From positions 1 to 46,429 of the forward strand of contig CAXHZO010000019.1 of the NCBI GenBank assembly GCA_964022095.1: DNA of 46,429 bases, read 5' to 3'. The DNA comes from an uncultured Arcobacteraceae bacterium (GTDB lineage Bacteria > Campylobacterota > Campylobacteria > Campylobacterales > Arcobacteraceae). The notes beneath the pieces were generated by a model. It ran no database searches. It had not been told where the DNA came from and worked only from the letters and a program-made list of their open reading frames with translations. Of this stretch, positions 7,989 to 17,933 are shown one piece after another. Every line of letters begins with the position of its first letter. Positions within the stretch are counted from its first letter, which is position 1. Made by a program: the position numbers and the translations under genes.

Positions 7989-10568
7989 TTGAAACATTTA
8001 TACAGATCATATACTGATTCGACAAATATTTTTAAGGATTTAGAAAAAAAATTTCCAAACAATTTTAAACTAGAATCAATTGGTCAAACTTGGGAAAAAA
8101 GAGAAATAAACTTAATCACAATATCTAGTGATATAAATATAGCCAATAAAAGACCTGCCCTATTCTTTACAGGTACTATACATGCTAGAGAGTGGATAGG
8201 TCATGAGTTAGCAACTGATTTTGCTTCATATGTATTAGAAAATTATGATATAGATCCAACTATTCAATCATATCTATCAAAGGCTACAATTTACATGGTG
8301 CCATGTGCAAATCCTGATGGATTTGAGTATTCAAGAACACATTTTGGTTTTTGGAGAAAGAATAGAAGACAAAATGCAGATGGAACATATGGCGTTGATT
8401 TAAATAGAAATTTCCCTATTGGCTTTATTAAATCATCTAGTACTACATCTAATGTCTATGGAGGTCCAGAGCCCTTTAGTGAGCCAGAAACGCAAGCACT
8501 TAGGGATTTTGTTGAAACACACCCAAATATAACAATAGCACTAGATTATCATTCACAAGGGAATGTATTTTTCCCTGCCCATGATTTTAGACATGAAGAT
8601 ATGCTAGATACAACTGATATGAATACTCTATGTGCAAATATGGCTGAAGAGATTAGAAAAATATCGAGTAGAGAGTATGGTATACATCAAGGGAAACCTC
8701 CAGCAAAACTTATATCAGGTAGCGGAAGAGAGTTTTATTATTCAAAAGGTATTATTTCAACTGTTGTAGAAGTAGGAACAAGAAATATTAGTGATTACAT
8801 GGATGATATGTTAGAGAATATAAGAGAACATACACCAGCACTTTTACATGCACTTAAAGAGGTTCCTAATTATTCTAAAGAAAGTTTAAAAAGAGTAAAT
8901 TCATTTGAGGTAATATCTGTTGGTTCAAACCATGTTAAATTAGTATGGAATTATGACTTAAATGATGATATATATTTTGAAATATATAGAAGTCTAAAAG
9001 ACAAAACATTTTGTAATAAATCTAATTTAATTACAAAGACTCACTCTTTAGATTTTAATGATATTAATCTAAATTCAAATACAAACTATTACTACAATAT
9101 AAGAGTAGTAAATAAAAAAACTAAGATTAAGTCACCTTTTTATCCACAAATAAAAGTAAGAACAATTACAGAATATGATGAGTTTAGTAGAACTTATTAT
9201 GGAACATCTAAAGGCACAGGTTATGTGTGTGAAAATATACATGATAATGAAAAGCACTTTGGTGTTAATTCTTTATTTGTAGGGGTGGATGATAGAAAAG
9301 GTATTTCTTACGCAATTGTAACAATAAATGTAAAAACACTTCCTCTTAATGCTTTAATAAAATCTGCTTCATTTAACTTATATCCAATAAATAGAGTTTC
9401 AACAACAATTGAAAAATATGGAGAATGGAATGTTGGCATTGTCAATCAGTTTAATATGGGTGACATAACAAATTTTGATGATGTAGAAAATATGGATGTA
9501 AAGTATATTGGAGTACCTACCAAATCTCATCAATTAACACAAGGTATTTGGAGAACATGGAATTTATCAGGTATTGAATGTGAATACTTAAAAGATGCTA
9601 TAAAAGACAATAAAATAGTATTAAGAATTGAAGGTCCAAAAGAGTTAAAAATTGCTAGAAATAGGCAAATGATGCAATGGGATATAGGTTATGGTAGATT
9701 TGGCTTTGGACTACCCTATAGACCAAGAGTTGAATTAACATATACAATAGAACCAACTATTACAACTTTATATCCTAAAGAAATTTTAACAGTAAAAAAA
9801 TATGAAGTATATGAAAATGAAGTAACAGCAGGATTTGACGAAGATGGTAGCAAAATATATTCAACATTTAAATTTGATTTATCAGCCCTACCTTTATACA
9901 ATGATACAATGATAACTAAAGCGTATTTTGAGCTTAACTCTACAAACATCTATATAAAAGATGATATTAGATTTCATCTTGAGTTTGTAGATGAAGATAT
10001 TAGAAATAACTATAGAAGTATTGAAAGAAGAGAAATTATTCAAAATATAGGATATGATGTAAGTGCAACCGAACTTAAAAACAATCAAACTCAATACTTT
10101 GTATTTGATGCTTATTCAGAGATTACTTTAAATGATAAATTAAAACAAAAAGCTACTATTGGTTTTGTGCTAAATCCTACAAGTTCTTTAAAAACTACAA
10201 AAGATAAAAAAGTATCTTGGGAAGTTAATAGTGAAGAATTATCTCCTCGATTGATTATTGAGTATATTAAAAAAAGAAGATTTCCAATTGAAACTGTGAC
10301 AAATGCAAAATTATCTTTAGAAAATGGAAAAATAAAAATTACATGGACAAATCCTAAAAATTCATCATTAAAAGGTGTTAAAGTTATAAAAAACCCTTTT
10401 AGAGCTCCTTTATCCAATCAAGATGGACAAAAGATATACGCAGGAAAAGATGAATATACATTCGATGATTTTGGTGCAAATGATATAGATAAATTCTATG
10501 CAATATTTACATATGATGATGTTCCAAATTATTCTATGCCAATTATTTTAGAATATAAAGCAAAATAA
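7989..10568 (+). CDS. M14 zinc carboxypeptidase with FN3-like and further beta-rich C-terminal domains
   Basis: TIHAREW, NPDG, WRKNRR, DLNRNF, DYHSQG, VEVG; FN3-like VKLVW..YYYNIRV; TTG start, no signal peptide. Confidence 0.9.
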   Translation: MKHLYRSYTDSTNIFKDLEKKFPNNFKLESIGQTWEKREINLITISSDINIANKRPALFFTGTIHAREWIGHELATDFASYVLENYDIDPTIQSYLSKATIYMVPCANPDGFEYSRTHFGFWRKNRRQNADGTYGVDLNRNFPIGFIKSSSTTSNVYGGPEPFSEPETQALRDFVETHPNITIALDYHSQGNVFFPAHDFRHEDMLDTTDMNTLCANMAEEIRKISSREYGIHQGKPPAKLISGSGREFYYSKGIISTVVEVGTRNISDYMDDMLENIREHTPALLHALKEVPNYSKESLKRVNSFEVISVGSNHVKLVWNYDLNDDIYFEIYRSLKDKTFCNKSNLITKTHSLDFNDINLNSNTNYYYNIRVVNKKTKIKSPFYPQIKVRTITEYDEFSRTYYGTSKGTGYVCENIHDNEKHFGVNSLFVGVDDRKGISYAIVTINVKTLPLNALIKSASFNLYPINRVSTTIEKYGEWNVGIVNQFNMGDITNFDDVENMDVKYIGVPTKSHQLTQGIWRTWNLSGIECEYLKDAIKDNKIVLRIEGPKELKIARNRQMMQWDIGYGRFGFGLPYRPRVELTYTIEPTITTLYPKEILTVKKYEVYENEVTAGFDEDGSKIYSTFKFDLSALPLYNDTMITKAYFELNSTNIYIKDDIRFHLEFVDEDIRNNYRSIERREIIQNIGYDVSATELKNNQTQYFVFDAYSEITLNDKLKQKATIGFVLNPTSSLKTTKDKKVSWEVNSEELSPRLIIEYIKKRRFPIETVTNAKLSLENGKIKITWTNPKNSSLKGVKVIKNPFRAPLSNQDGQKIYAGKDEYTFDDFGANDIDKFYAIFTYDDVPNYSMPIILEYKAK

Positions 10569-10613
10569 GAGTTGCTTTGTTATAATTATTTAAAATCAAA
10601 CTAAGGAAAGATA

Positions 10614-11114
10614 ATGATTTTAAAATTTAAAGAATTTTACCCACAAATTCACTCTACTGCTTGGATTGCACCAAGTGCAGATGTTGTGGGAAATGTTACT
10701 ATTGGAGAAGACTCTTCAGTTTGGTACGGTTGTGTTATTAGAAGTGATGTTAATAAAGTAATTATTGGTAAAAATACAAATGTTCAAGATTTATCATGTA
10801 TTCATACAGATGTTGATTCTCAAACTATTTTAGGTGATAACGTAACAATTGGTCATAAAGTTATGCTTCATGGTTGTATCGTTGAAGACAATTGTCTAAT
10901 AGGTATGAGTGCAACTGTACTAGATAATGCTGTAATTGGAGAAGGAAGTATCGTTGGAGCAAATTCTTTAGTAACTGCTGGGAAAAAGTTTCCACCAAAA
11001 AGTTTAATTATGGGAAGTCCAGCTAAAGTAGTAAAAGAGTTAACAGATGAAGATAGAGATAATCTAATCAAACATGCAGGTCACTATGTAGATTATAAAA
11101 ACGAATATAGCTAA
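10614..11114 (+). CDS. Gamma carbonic anhydrase family hexapeptide-repeat protein
   Basis: IRSDVN, NVQD..IH, VTIGHKVMLHGC. Confidence 0.93.
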   Translation: MILKFKEFYPQIHSTAWIAPSADVVGNVTIGEDSSVWYGCVIRSDVNKVIIGKNTNVQDLSCIHTDVDSQTILGDNVTIGHKVMLHGCIVEDNCLIGMSATVLDNAVIGEGSIVGANSLVTAGKKFPPKSLIMGSPAKVVKELTDEDRDNLIKHAGHYVDYKNEYS

Positions 11115-11143
11115 TAAATAATAGGTTTAAAACCTATTATTTA
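11115..11143. terminator. Probable bidirectional terminator
   Basis: taaataataggtt..aacctattattta between convergent genes. Confidence 0.7.
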
Positions 11144-12060
11144 CACTTGTCATATGCAACTTGCAATTTAGAGTATAAATCATCAAAACTTACATCATCC
11201 ATTTTTTCTAGAATATCAACCATAACTACGTTATCTTCATCTCCATTCCAAACTTTAATATAAGTTCCTTCTTTATAGCCATTATCTTGTCTAAATTGAT
11301 TTAAACAGTTTTTACCAATATATAGTTTTTGTAACCACATAAAAGATAATCCAGAGATTTTACAACATCTAAAGAATTGATCAATAAATCTCTCAACTCC
11401 ACTAAATGATGGCATATTTCCTGTATCAATAGCTAAAGCTATATAAGATAATTTTTCAGACTCAGTTACCATTAATTTTACATCTACTTCAGAAGATGCT
11501 TCATAAATACAATGTGTATTTACTAAAGATACTGCTTTTGGTACATTTGTTTCTTGTAAAATATAAGACATTAGGAAATGCCAAATATCAACTAGTTCTA
11601 CATGTATATTATTCATATCAGGATCTGAGTTAATATTTTTCCAGTGTTTCCAAGGAGTTGATTCAATTAACTCTGCTACTTCCATATGTATACATCTAAG
11701 CCAGTTTATCTCTTTTCCAAACTTATTAACACCTAATTCCCAGTTCTTACCATTTGTAGAATCATTTAATTTCTTTTGTAATAAAAACATCTCTTCAAGT
11801 TTATGTGGAAAAGATGAAGCTTCATCTAAAAGTGTTGCTAAAGGTAAGCACTCTTCAATAACATTATCTAAAGTTGTACTGCTTGGTAATTCTTTTTCAC
11901 CTTTTAATAAGTGCAAAACTAAAGATACAATATATGGAACTTGATTTTTATCTTCCCAATTTAAAACTTCGTCAGATGTAACTCCACTGTATTGCATAAA
12001 ATCTTCAATTGTATTAAACCCTAATGATTTTATACTATCTTTAAACTCTTTGTATAACAA
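11137..12060 (-). CDS. dut: Dimeric all-alpha dUTPase with N-terminal HTH-like extension
   Basis: LQKKLND, MEVAELIES.PWKHWK, ELVDIWHFLMS, KNCLNQFRQDNGYKEGTY.KVWNGDEDN. Confidence 0.88.
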   Translation of the reverse strand: MLYKEFKDSIKSLGFNTIEDFMQYSGVTSDEVLNWEDKNQVPYIVSLVLHLLKGEKELPSSTTLDNVIEECLPLATLLDEASSFPHKLEEMFLLQKKLNDSTNGKNWELGVNKFGKEINWLRCIHMEVAELIESTPWKHWKNINSDPDMNNIHVELVDIWHFLMSYILQETNVPKAVSLVNTHCIYEASSEVDVKLMVTESEKLSYIALAIDTGNMPSFSGVERFIDQFFRCCKISGLSFMWLQKLYIGKNCLNQFRQDNGYKEGTYIKVWNGDEDNVVMVDILEKMDDVSFDDLYSKLQVAYDKCK

Positions 12061-12069
12061 ATTTAACTC

Positions 12070-13557
12070 CTAATTTAATGGTAATTTAACGGTAAATTTA
12101 GAACCCAGTTCAGTATTTTCAACAAATATATCCCCATTTGAATGCTTTTGGATAATTTGTTTACTCATATATAAACCTAAACCTGTTCCATTTTTATTGT
12201 GTTTAGTTGAAAAGTATGGCTCAAAAATTTTATTTAAAATTTCATCATCAATACCACCAGCATTGTCTTCTAATTGGATAACTAAATTATCATCTTGCTC
12301 AAAAGTACTAATATTAATAAATCTTTCTTTTATGTTTTTTTCAATCATTGCATCAATTGAATTTTTTGAAAGATTTATTAAAACTTGTACTATTTCATTT
12401 AAATAAATATTTAAAAATGATTCTGAACTATTTTTATATGATACTTTTACGGCATTTACTTTAAATAAATAATCTAAGAAGTCTAAAGATTTTGTAATTA
12501 TATCTTTTATATAAACGCTCTCTTTTTTCTTATTAGGTTTAAAATAATCCCTAAAATCATCAATAGTTTTTGACATGTAATCTAATTGTCCAACTACTTG
12601 CTCAACAACTTCTTCTAAAAGTTCATCTGATATTTCACCATCAATCTCTTTTAATAGTGAAAGCTTCTGAACTAAAATAGAAACTGCTTGAAGTGGTTGT
12701 CTCCATTGGTGAGCAATCATGGAAATCATTTCACCCATAGCTGCAGACTTAGATTGTTCAATTAAAATAGTTTGCTGTTTTTCAAACTCAATTTGCGCTG
12801 TAATATCTTCATAAACAGCATCAAAACCAATAATCTCTCCAATATTATCAAAATTTGGATGAATAGTTGTTTTTACCCAGTAGTAATTACCATCTTTTTT
12901 TCTATTTTTTAATTTTCCCTGCCAAACTTTATTAGTTTTGATTGTAAAAAAGATATCTTCTAAAGTTTTTATATCTTCATCAGTATGTAAAATACTTAAA
13001 TAACTTTTTCCTATTAATTCATGGGCATTATATTCAGAAATATTACAAAAAGCAGAAGATACAGAAGTAATAAACCCATCTTTATCACATCTATTCATTA
13101 AAACATGATTATCAACTATATCAACAGACTTATTTAAAGCTTTCTCTATATCTTTTATTGATTTTGAATATACATCTAAAATATTTGAGAAAATATCTTC
13201 AAAGTAATCATTTATATCTTTAATTATTTCTAATGAATGAAACTGTTTTTCATAACAATATTCAACAATTGAGTTTTTAAAAGCAGAATATACTATAAAT
13301 AGTTCATAAGATTTTAGTTTGTGTTTTTTTAAGTATTTTATAAAGTCAACAACTATAGAAGATACCCCTGCTTGATTTTGATTAGTAACACTATTTAAGT
13401 AATAATCCCATACAGCTATTGCATATCTTTTTTTTATTATCTCTTCATTTAATTCATGTTTTGATATTAATTTTTTAAAATTTTCATTACTTAACCAAAT
13501 ATTGATTATTTTTATTTTTTCTTTATCAATTTTAAAAATTATATCAACTAGGTTCAT
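12070..13557 (-). CDS. Cytoplasmic PAS sensor histidine kinase
   Basis: PAS/PAC (NRKKDGNYYWV), IAHQWRQPL, DNAGGI, GTGLGLY; no clear TM segment. Confidence 0.92.
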   Translation of the reverse strand: MNLVDIIFKIDKEKIKIINIWLSNENFKKLISKHELNEEIIKKRYAIAVWDYYLNSVTNQNQAGVSSIVVDFIKYLKKHKLKSYELFIVYSAFKNSIVEYCYEKQFHSLEIIKDINDYFEDIFSNILDVYSKSIKDIEKALNKSVDIVDNHVLMNRCDKDGFITSVSSAFCNISEYNAHELIGKSYLSILHTDEDIKTLEDIFFTIKTNKVWQGKLKNRKKDGNYYWVKTTIHPNFDNIGEIIGFDAVYEDITAQIEFEKQQTILIEQSKSAAMGEMISMIAHQWRQPLQAVSILVQKLSLLKEIDGEISDELLEEVVEQVVGQLDYMSKTIDDFRDYFKPNKKKESVYIKDIITKSLDFLDYLFKVNAVKVSYKNSSESFLNIYLNEIVQVLINLSKNSIDAMIEKNIKERFINISTFEQDDNLVIQLEDNAGGIDDEILNKIFEPYFSTKHNKNGTGLGLYMSKQIIQKHSNGDIFVENTELGSKFTVKLPLN

Positions 13558-13737
13558 TTATTGAGACTTTTGGTTTTTTATTGTGTAAAAGCTACATGGA
13601 TTTCCACTGCTATTTTTTACTACCATCGATGGTATAAGCTTTGATTTAAATCCATAAGCTTTACAACCGTGGGGTTTATTAGGTTGCCATGTAACAAAAT
13701 AATATTGGCATTTTTGGCATACAATTCGATTATTCAT
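13558..13737 (-). CDS. 59-aa four-Cys small protein (not in ORF track)
   Basis: MNNRIVCQKCQYYFVTWQPNKPHGCKAYGFKSKLIPSMVVKNSSGNPCSFYTIKNQKSQ*; fills the gap between recR and the kinase. Confidence 0.85.
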   Translation of the reverse strand: MNNRIVCQKCQYYFVTWQPNKPHGCKAYGFKSKLIPSMVVKNSSGNPCSFYTIKNQKSQ

Positions 13738-13759
13738 ATATTATTTTATCTAAGAAAAT

Positions 13760-14332
13760 TTAAATATTTACTTTACTTTGAATAGCTTTTGATAAAGATA
13801 AAATATCAACATTTTCTAAGCTAACACCAGTTGGTACACCTTGGGCAATTTTTGCAAATGTTATATTGAAATCTTTTAACTTATCTTCTATAAAAAGTAT
13901 GAATGCATCATTTGCAATTGAAGGAGTTATTGCAAATAAAACACTAGAAACATCATTGTCTTTAACAAACTTTATTAACATATTTAAACTATTTTCATCT
14001 AACTCTTCAATTACAAAGTATTTACCGTCAAACTGTTTAGAATCTTCGATTATAAAGATATCTTTTGCACTTTGTACAATACACAATGTAGTTTCATCCC
14101 TAGAGTCATCTAAACAATAATCACATATTTCATGCTCACTCATAGAGCCACATTTTATACATTTTGTTATATTTTTTAAAGCACTTTCAATGCTATGGGC
14201 TATTTTTATACCACAATAGTTATCGTTCATTACAATATGATAAGCAAGTCTTAATGCAGACTTTTTACCAATAGTTGGTAACGATTCAAAAGCTTCTACA
14301 AGTTCATAAAATTTTTCAAGTCCTTTATTCAT
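13760..14332 (-). CDS. recR: Recombination mediator RecR
   Basis: LPTIGKKSALRLA HhH, CxxC..CxxC finger, Toprim-like domain, IAQGVPTG. Confidence 0.95.
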   Translation of the reverse strand: MNKGLEKFYELVEAFESLPTIGKKSALRLAYHIVMNDNYCGIKIAHSIESALKNITKCIKCGSMSEHEICDYCLDDSRDETTLCIVQSAKDIFIIEDSKQFDGKYFVIEELDENSLNMLIKFVKDNDVSSVLFAITPSIANDAFILFIEDKLKDFNITFAKIAQGVPTGVSLENVDILSLSKAIQSKVNI

Positions 14333-14415
14333 GTCGGGATTATAGCAAACCTTTATAAACTTTTAGATAAAATCGCGAATTAAAAATACAAACATTTTTT
14401 AAAGGGAGTTCTAAA

Positions 14416-15537
14416 TTGACTGAAATAGACTATTATGAATTATTAGAAATCAGCAAAGAAGCTGATAAAAGCACTATAAAGAAAGCCTATCGAAAAATGG
14501 CTATGAAATATCATCCAGATAAAAATCCAGATGATCATGAAGCAGAAGAGAAGTTTAAAGCTGTAAATGAAGCTTATCAAGTTTTAAGTGATGAAGAAAA
14601 AAAATCTATCTATGATAGATATGGAAAAGCAGGACTTGAAGGACATGGACAAGGTGGAGGATTCTCTGGAGGATTTGATGATTTAAGTTCAGTATTTGAA
14701 GAGATGTTTGGAGGTGCCTTTGGTGGAGGTGGTTCTAGAAGAAGACAAAGAAAATCATATAACTATAACTTAGACACAGCGGTTGATGTTGTACTAGAGT
14801 TTAATGAAGCAATCTTTGGATGTAAAAAAGATATCGAATATACATATAAAACTGCATGTAAACCTTGTAAAGGTACTGGAGCTAAAGATGGTAAAATGGG
14901 TACTTGTAGAACTTGTCAAGGTCAAGGGCAAGTACACTCAAGACAAGGATTTATGACATTTGCTCAAACTTGTCCAACTTGTCAAGGTTCAGGTCAAGCA
15001 CCAAGTGCCTCATGTGATTCATGTGGTGGAACTGGTTATGATGACGTAGAAGATACATTTAAAGTTGATATTCCAGAAGGTGTAAATGATGGAATGAGAA
15101 TCAGAGTTTCTGGGAAAGGAAATATTTCACCTGAAGGTTCTAGAGGTGATTTATACTTACAAATTAGAGTTAGAGAAGATTCACAGTTTGTAAGACATGA
15201 TGATGATATTTATGTAGAAGCACCAATATTCTTCACACAAGTTGCCTTAGGTGCTACTATAAAAATTCCAGGACTTAGAGGTGAATTAGAATTAGAAATT
15301 CCTAAAAACTCAAAAGATAAACAACAATTTACTTTTAAAGGTGAAGGTGTTAAATCTGTTCAAGGTTATGGAAAAGGTGATTTTGTTGTTCAAATCAAAA
15401 TTGAGTATCCAAAATCATTAAACGAAGAACAAAAAGAGTTATTAGAAAAACTTCAAGAAAGTTTTGGTGTTGAAAGTAAACAACATGAAACAAACTTTGA
15501 ATCAATGTTTGATAAAGTTAAAAACTGGTTTTCTTAA
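14416..15537 (+). CDS. dnaJ: Chaperone DnaJ
   Basis: HPD motif, G/F region, four CxxCxGxG repeats. Confidence 0.98.
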   Translation: MTEIDYYELLEISKEADKSTIKKAYRKMAMKYHPDKNPDDHEAEEKFKAVNEAYQVLSDEEKKSIYDRYGKAGLEGHGQGGGFSGGFDDLSSVFEEMFGGAFGGGGSRRRQRKSYNYNLDTAVDVVLEFNEAIFGCKKDIEYTYKTACKPCKGTGAKDGKMGTCRTCQGQGQVHSRQGFMTFAQTCPTCQGSGQAPSASCDSCGGTGYDDVEDTFKVDIPEGVNDGMRIRVSGKGNISPEGSRGDLYLQIRVREDSQFVRHDDDIYVEAPIFFTQVALGATIKIPGLRGELELEIPKNSKDKQQFTFKGEGVKSVQGYGKGDFVVQIKIEYPKSLNEEQKELLEKLQESFGVESKQHETNFESMFDKVKNWFS

Positions 15538-15544
15538 ACCGTTT

Positions 15545-16363
15545 TTAACTACAATCACTTTTTTTAGATAAAAACTTTAACTCATCACAAGAAAAACCTG
15601 CTTTTTTTCTACCCTCAAAATTTAAATCCATTTTTCGTTTTGTTGAACCTGGAAAAACATCTTCAATGATATCTATGTATGTAGATTCATAAGGTACATT
15701 TTCTAAATCACAAGCATATTTAAACCAGACATCACCTTTTAATACATGATCAACCTCTTCTTCTAATATAATATTTAAAACATCTAATATTTTATCGTTA
15801 AATTCATCTTTATTAGAGTTTAGTTTTTCCATTATTTTAGGATTTTGATCTAAACCATTAGCTTCTAGATATCTTGGAACTGCAGCCATTCTTCTTAAAA
15901 ACTCTGGAGTTTTTTCCATCGCTTCAAAAAGATTTTTATGTACATCAAAATCTCCATATTTTCCACCAATTTCACTTAAAAGATTTTCTAACATTAAAAA
16001 ATGTCTAATTTCATCAGCAGCAACTTCTAACCAATCTTTATAATAATTCATCGGTAGGTCTTTAAATCTTAATGCCGCATCTAAAGCTAGATCAATAGCT
16101 GAGTACTCTATATGTATAATTGTATGTAAAAGATATTTCTTACCCTCAATAGAATTGAAATTCTTTATTTTAGGTAAAGTTGTAGGTTTTACAATATTTA
16201 AAAAAGTTTCATAAGAAGGATTTTCCATTTTGTATGGGATATAATTATCATTGAAGTAAAAATTATTTTCTTTAAATTCTTTATAAAAAACTTTAAATTT
16301 ATCTATTTTTTCTTTTGGTTCGTTTGTTAATATAATATTTTCTAGCGTTGTGAAATAATCCAT
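15545..16363 (-). CDS. Ferritin-like DUF455 family protein
   Basis: HIEYSAIDLALD, DEIRHF, EANGLD, EEVDHV. Confidence 0.88.
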   Translation of the reverse strand: MDYFTTLENIILTNEPKEKIDKFKVFYKEFKENNFYFNDNYIPYKMENPSYETFLNIVKPTTLPKIKNFNSIEGKKYLLHTIIHIEYSAIDLALDAALRFKDLPMNYYKDWLEVAADEIRHFLMLENLLSEIGGKYGDFDVHKNLFEAMEKTPEFLRRMAAVPRYLEANGLDQNPKIMEKLNSNKDEFNDKILDVLNIILEEEVDHVLKGDVWFKYACDLENVPYESTYIDIIEDVFPGSTKRKMDLNFEGRKKAGFSCDELKFLSKKSDCS

Positions 16364-16418
16364 TCATAACCTTATTCTTGATATAATGAACACTATTTTA
16401 GCAAAATTAAGGTTTAAT

Positions 16419-17018
16419 ATGGATATAAAAGTACAACCAATGGGTGACTATCAGACAAATTGTTATATTTTTACAAAAAATGGAAAAGATATTATAATTG
16501 ATCCAGGAGTTGATGCTCTAAGATGGATTCAAAACAATGTAAAAAATCCTATTGCTGTTTTAAACACACATGGGCATTTCGATCATGTATGGTCAAATCA
16601 AATTGTAAAAGAGACTTACAATATAAAATTATATACTCCAGTTGATGATGAATTCATGCTAGAAAAAGATCCTTATGGAATGGGAATGCCTCCTTCAAGT
16701 GCTGATTTTTTAATACAACCAGATGAGCAAATAGAAATCGAAGGAATAAAGATAAAATTCCATCATTTTCCAGGACATACACCAGGTTGTTCAGCAATAC
16801 AAATAGATGAACATTTATTTACTGGAGACTTTATTTTTAAAGGAACAATTGGTAGATTTGATTTTCCAAACTCTAATGCTACGTTAATGAAACGAAGTTT
16901 AGCTAAAGTCTTACAATGGACTGAAGATTTCCACATCTACCCAGGACACGGTGATAAGACCACTTTAAAAAGTGAATTAGACACACTAAAACAGTGGCAT
17001 TTACATATACAAGGATAA
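16419..17018 (+). CDS. MBL-fold metallohydrolase (YcbL/glyoxalase II-like)
   Basis: THGHFDH, PGHTPG, FTGD, YPGHG; RBS favours ATG 16419. Confidence 0.92.
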   Translation: MDIKVQPMGDYQTNCYIFTKNGKDIIIDPGVDALRWIQNNVKNPIAVLNTHGHFDHVWSNQIVKETYNIKLYTPVDDEFMLEKDPYGMGMPPSSADFLIQPDEQIEIEGIKIKFHHFPGHTPGCSAIQIDEHLFTGDFIFKGTIGRFDFPNSNATLMKRSLAKVLQWTEDFHIYPGHGDKTTLKSELDTLKQWHLHIQG

Positions 17019-17020
17019 AA

Positions 17021-17923
17021 ATGACTCTTAATTGTGAAAAAATTATTAATGAAAATGAAAAATTAAAATTATCAGATTTAGAAAAATCTTGTATTAACAC
17101 TTTTGAATATTTAAATTTACATCATGATGTTAACTTTATAATAATAAAAGCTGTATGGGAAGAAAATACAAAAATTTTCTTTGATAATAAACCTAGCGAA
17201 GATTTAGAATTAATTAATAGCTTAATTTTCAAACAAAATTGTGATACGGATATTATATTTGAGTTTTATGCAAAAAATAAAGATAACTATCAAGATGTAA
17301 AAGAACATCTTGATAGTATAAAGTTTTCTTTACAAGTATTTTCACAGTCAATATTTAATAAATATATGGAAAGAACTATTGATGAATTATCATTAGTTGA
17401 TCATGTTACAGGTGCATATAATAGATGCTATTTAAACAACTATTCAAAAACATTTTTTAGTTTAGCAAATAGAGAACAAAAAAAGATAGCCTTTGTAAAA
17501 GTTGCAATTGATCAATTTAAAGCTGTTATTGATGAGTTTGATTACTCTACGGGGGATAAAGTTTTAAAAACTCTTGCTAGCTCATTAAAATACTCTATTA
17601 GAGAATCAGATATCGTTATTAAAATTTCAAATGATGAATTCTTAGTAATATTAATGAACATAATTAATAAAGAAAATGCTATAATTGCAGCAGAGAAACT
17701 AATAAATAATTTTAGTATGGAAGAAGTTATTATTAATGAAGCGAGCAATCAAGTTTTAATGAAAACAATTTGTGCAGGTATATCTCTATATCCAGATGAT
17801 GCTACAACACTTGATGAGATACTCAAGAAATCGGATATTGCTTTATATGAAGCACAAAATAGAGGTAGAGGAAAAGTATTTGAATTTTCAGAGGAAGAGA
17901 CTCATACTATAGATTTTTTTTAA
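17021..17923 (+). CDS. Degenerate GGDEF protein (SNDEF) with intact RxxD I-site
   Basis: DHVTGAYNR, RESD-x5-SNDEF, DIALYEAQNRGR. Confidence 0.88.
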   Translation: MTLNCEKIINENEKLKLSDLEKSCINTFEYLNLHHDVNFIIIKAVWEENTKIFFDNKPSEDLELINSLIFKQNCDTDIIFEFYAKNKDNYQDVKEHLDSIKFSLQVFSQSIFNKYMERTIDELSLVDHVTGAYNRCYLNNYSKTFFSLANREQKKIAFVKVAIDQFKAVIDEFDYSTGDKVLKTLASSLKYSIRESDIVIKISNDEFLVILMNIINKENAIIAAEKLINNFSMEEVIINEASNQVLMKTICAGISLYPDDATTLDEILKKSDIALYEAQNRGRGKVFEFSEEETHTIDFF

Positions 17924-17933
17924 AGGCGATACA

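Noticed and set aside
3111-10568. argG as part of the ATP-grasp operon (cyanophycin-like Arg/Asp polymer)
   Set aside because: A strong terminator follows argG and neither ligase has the Mur-ligase domain of CphA; adjacency alone is insufficient
13558-13737. Uracil-DNA glycosylase label (I recall similar small proteins being annotated so)
   Set aside because: 59 aa is too short for a UDG fold and no catalytic motifs are present
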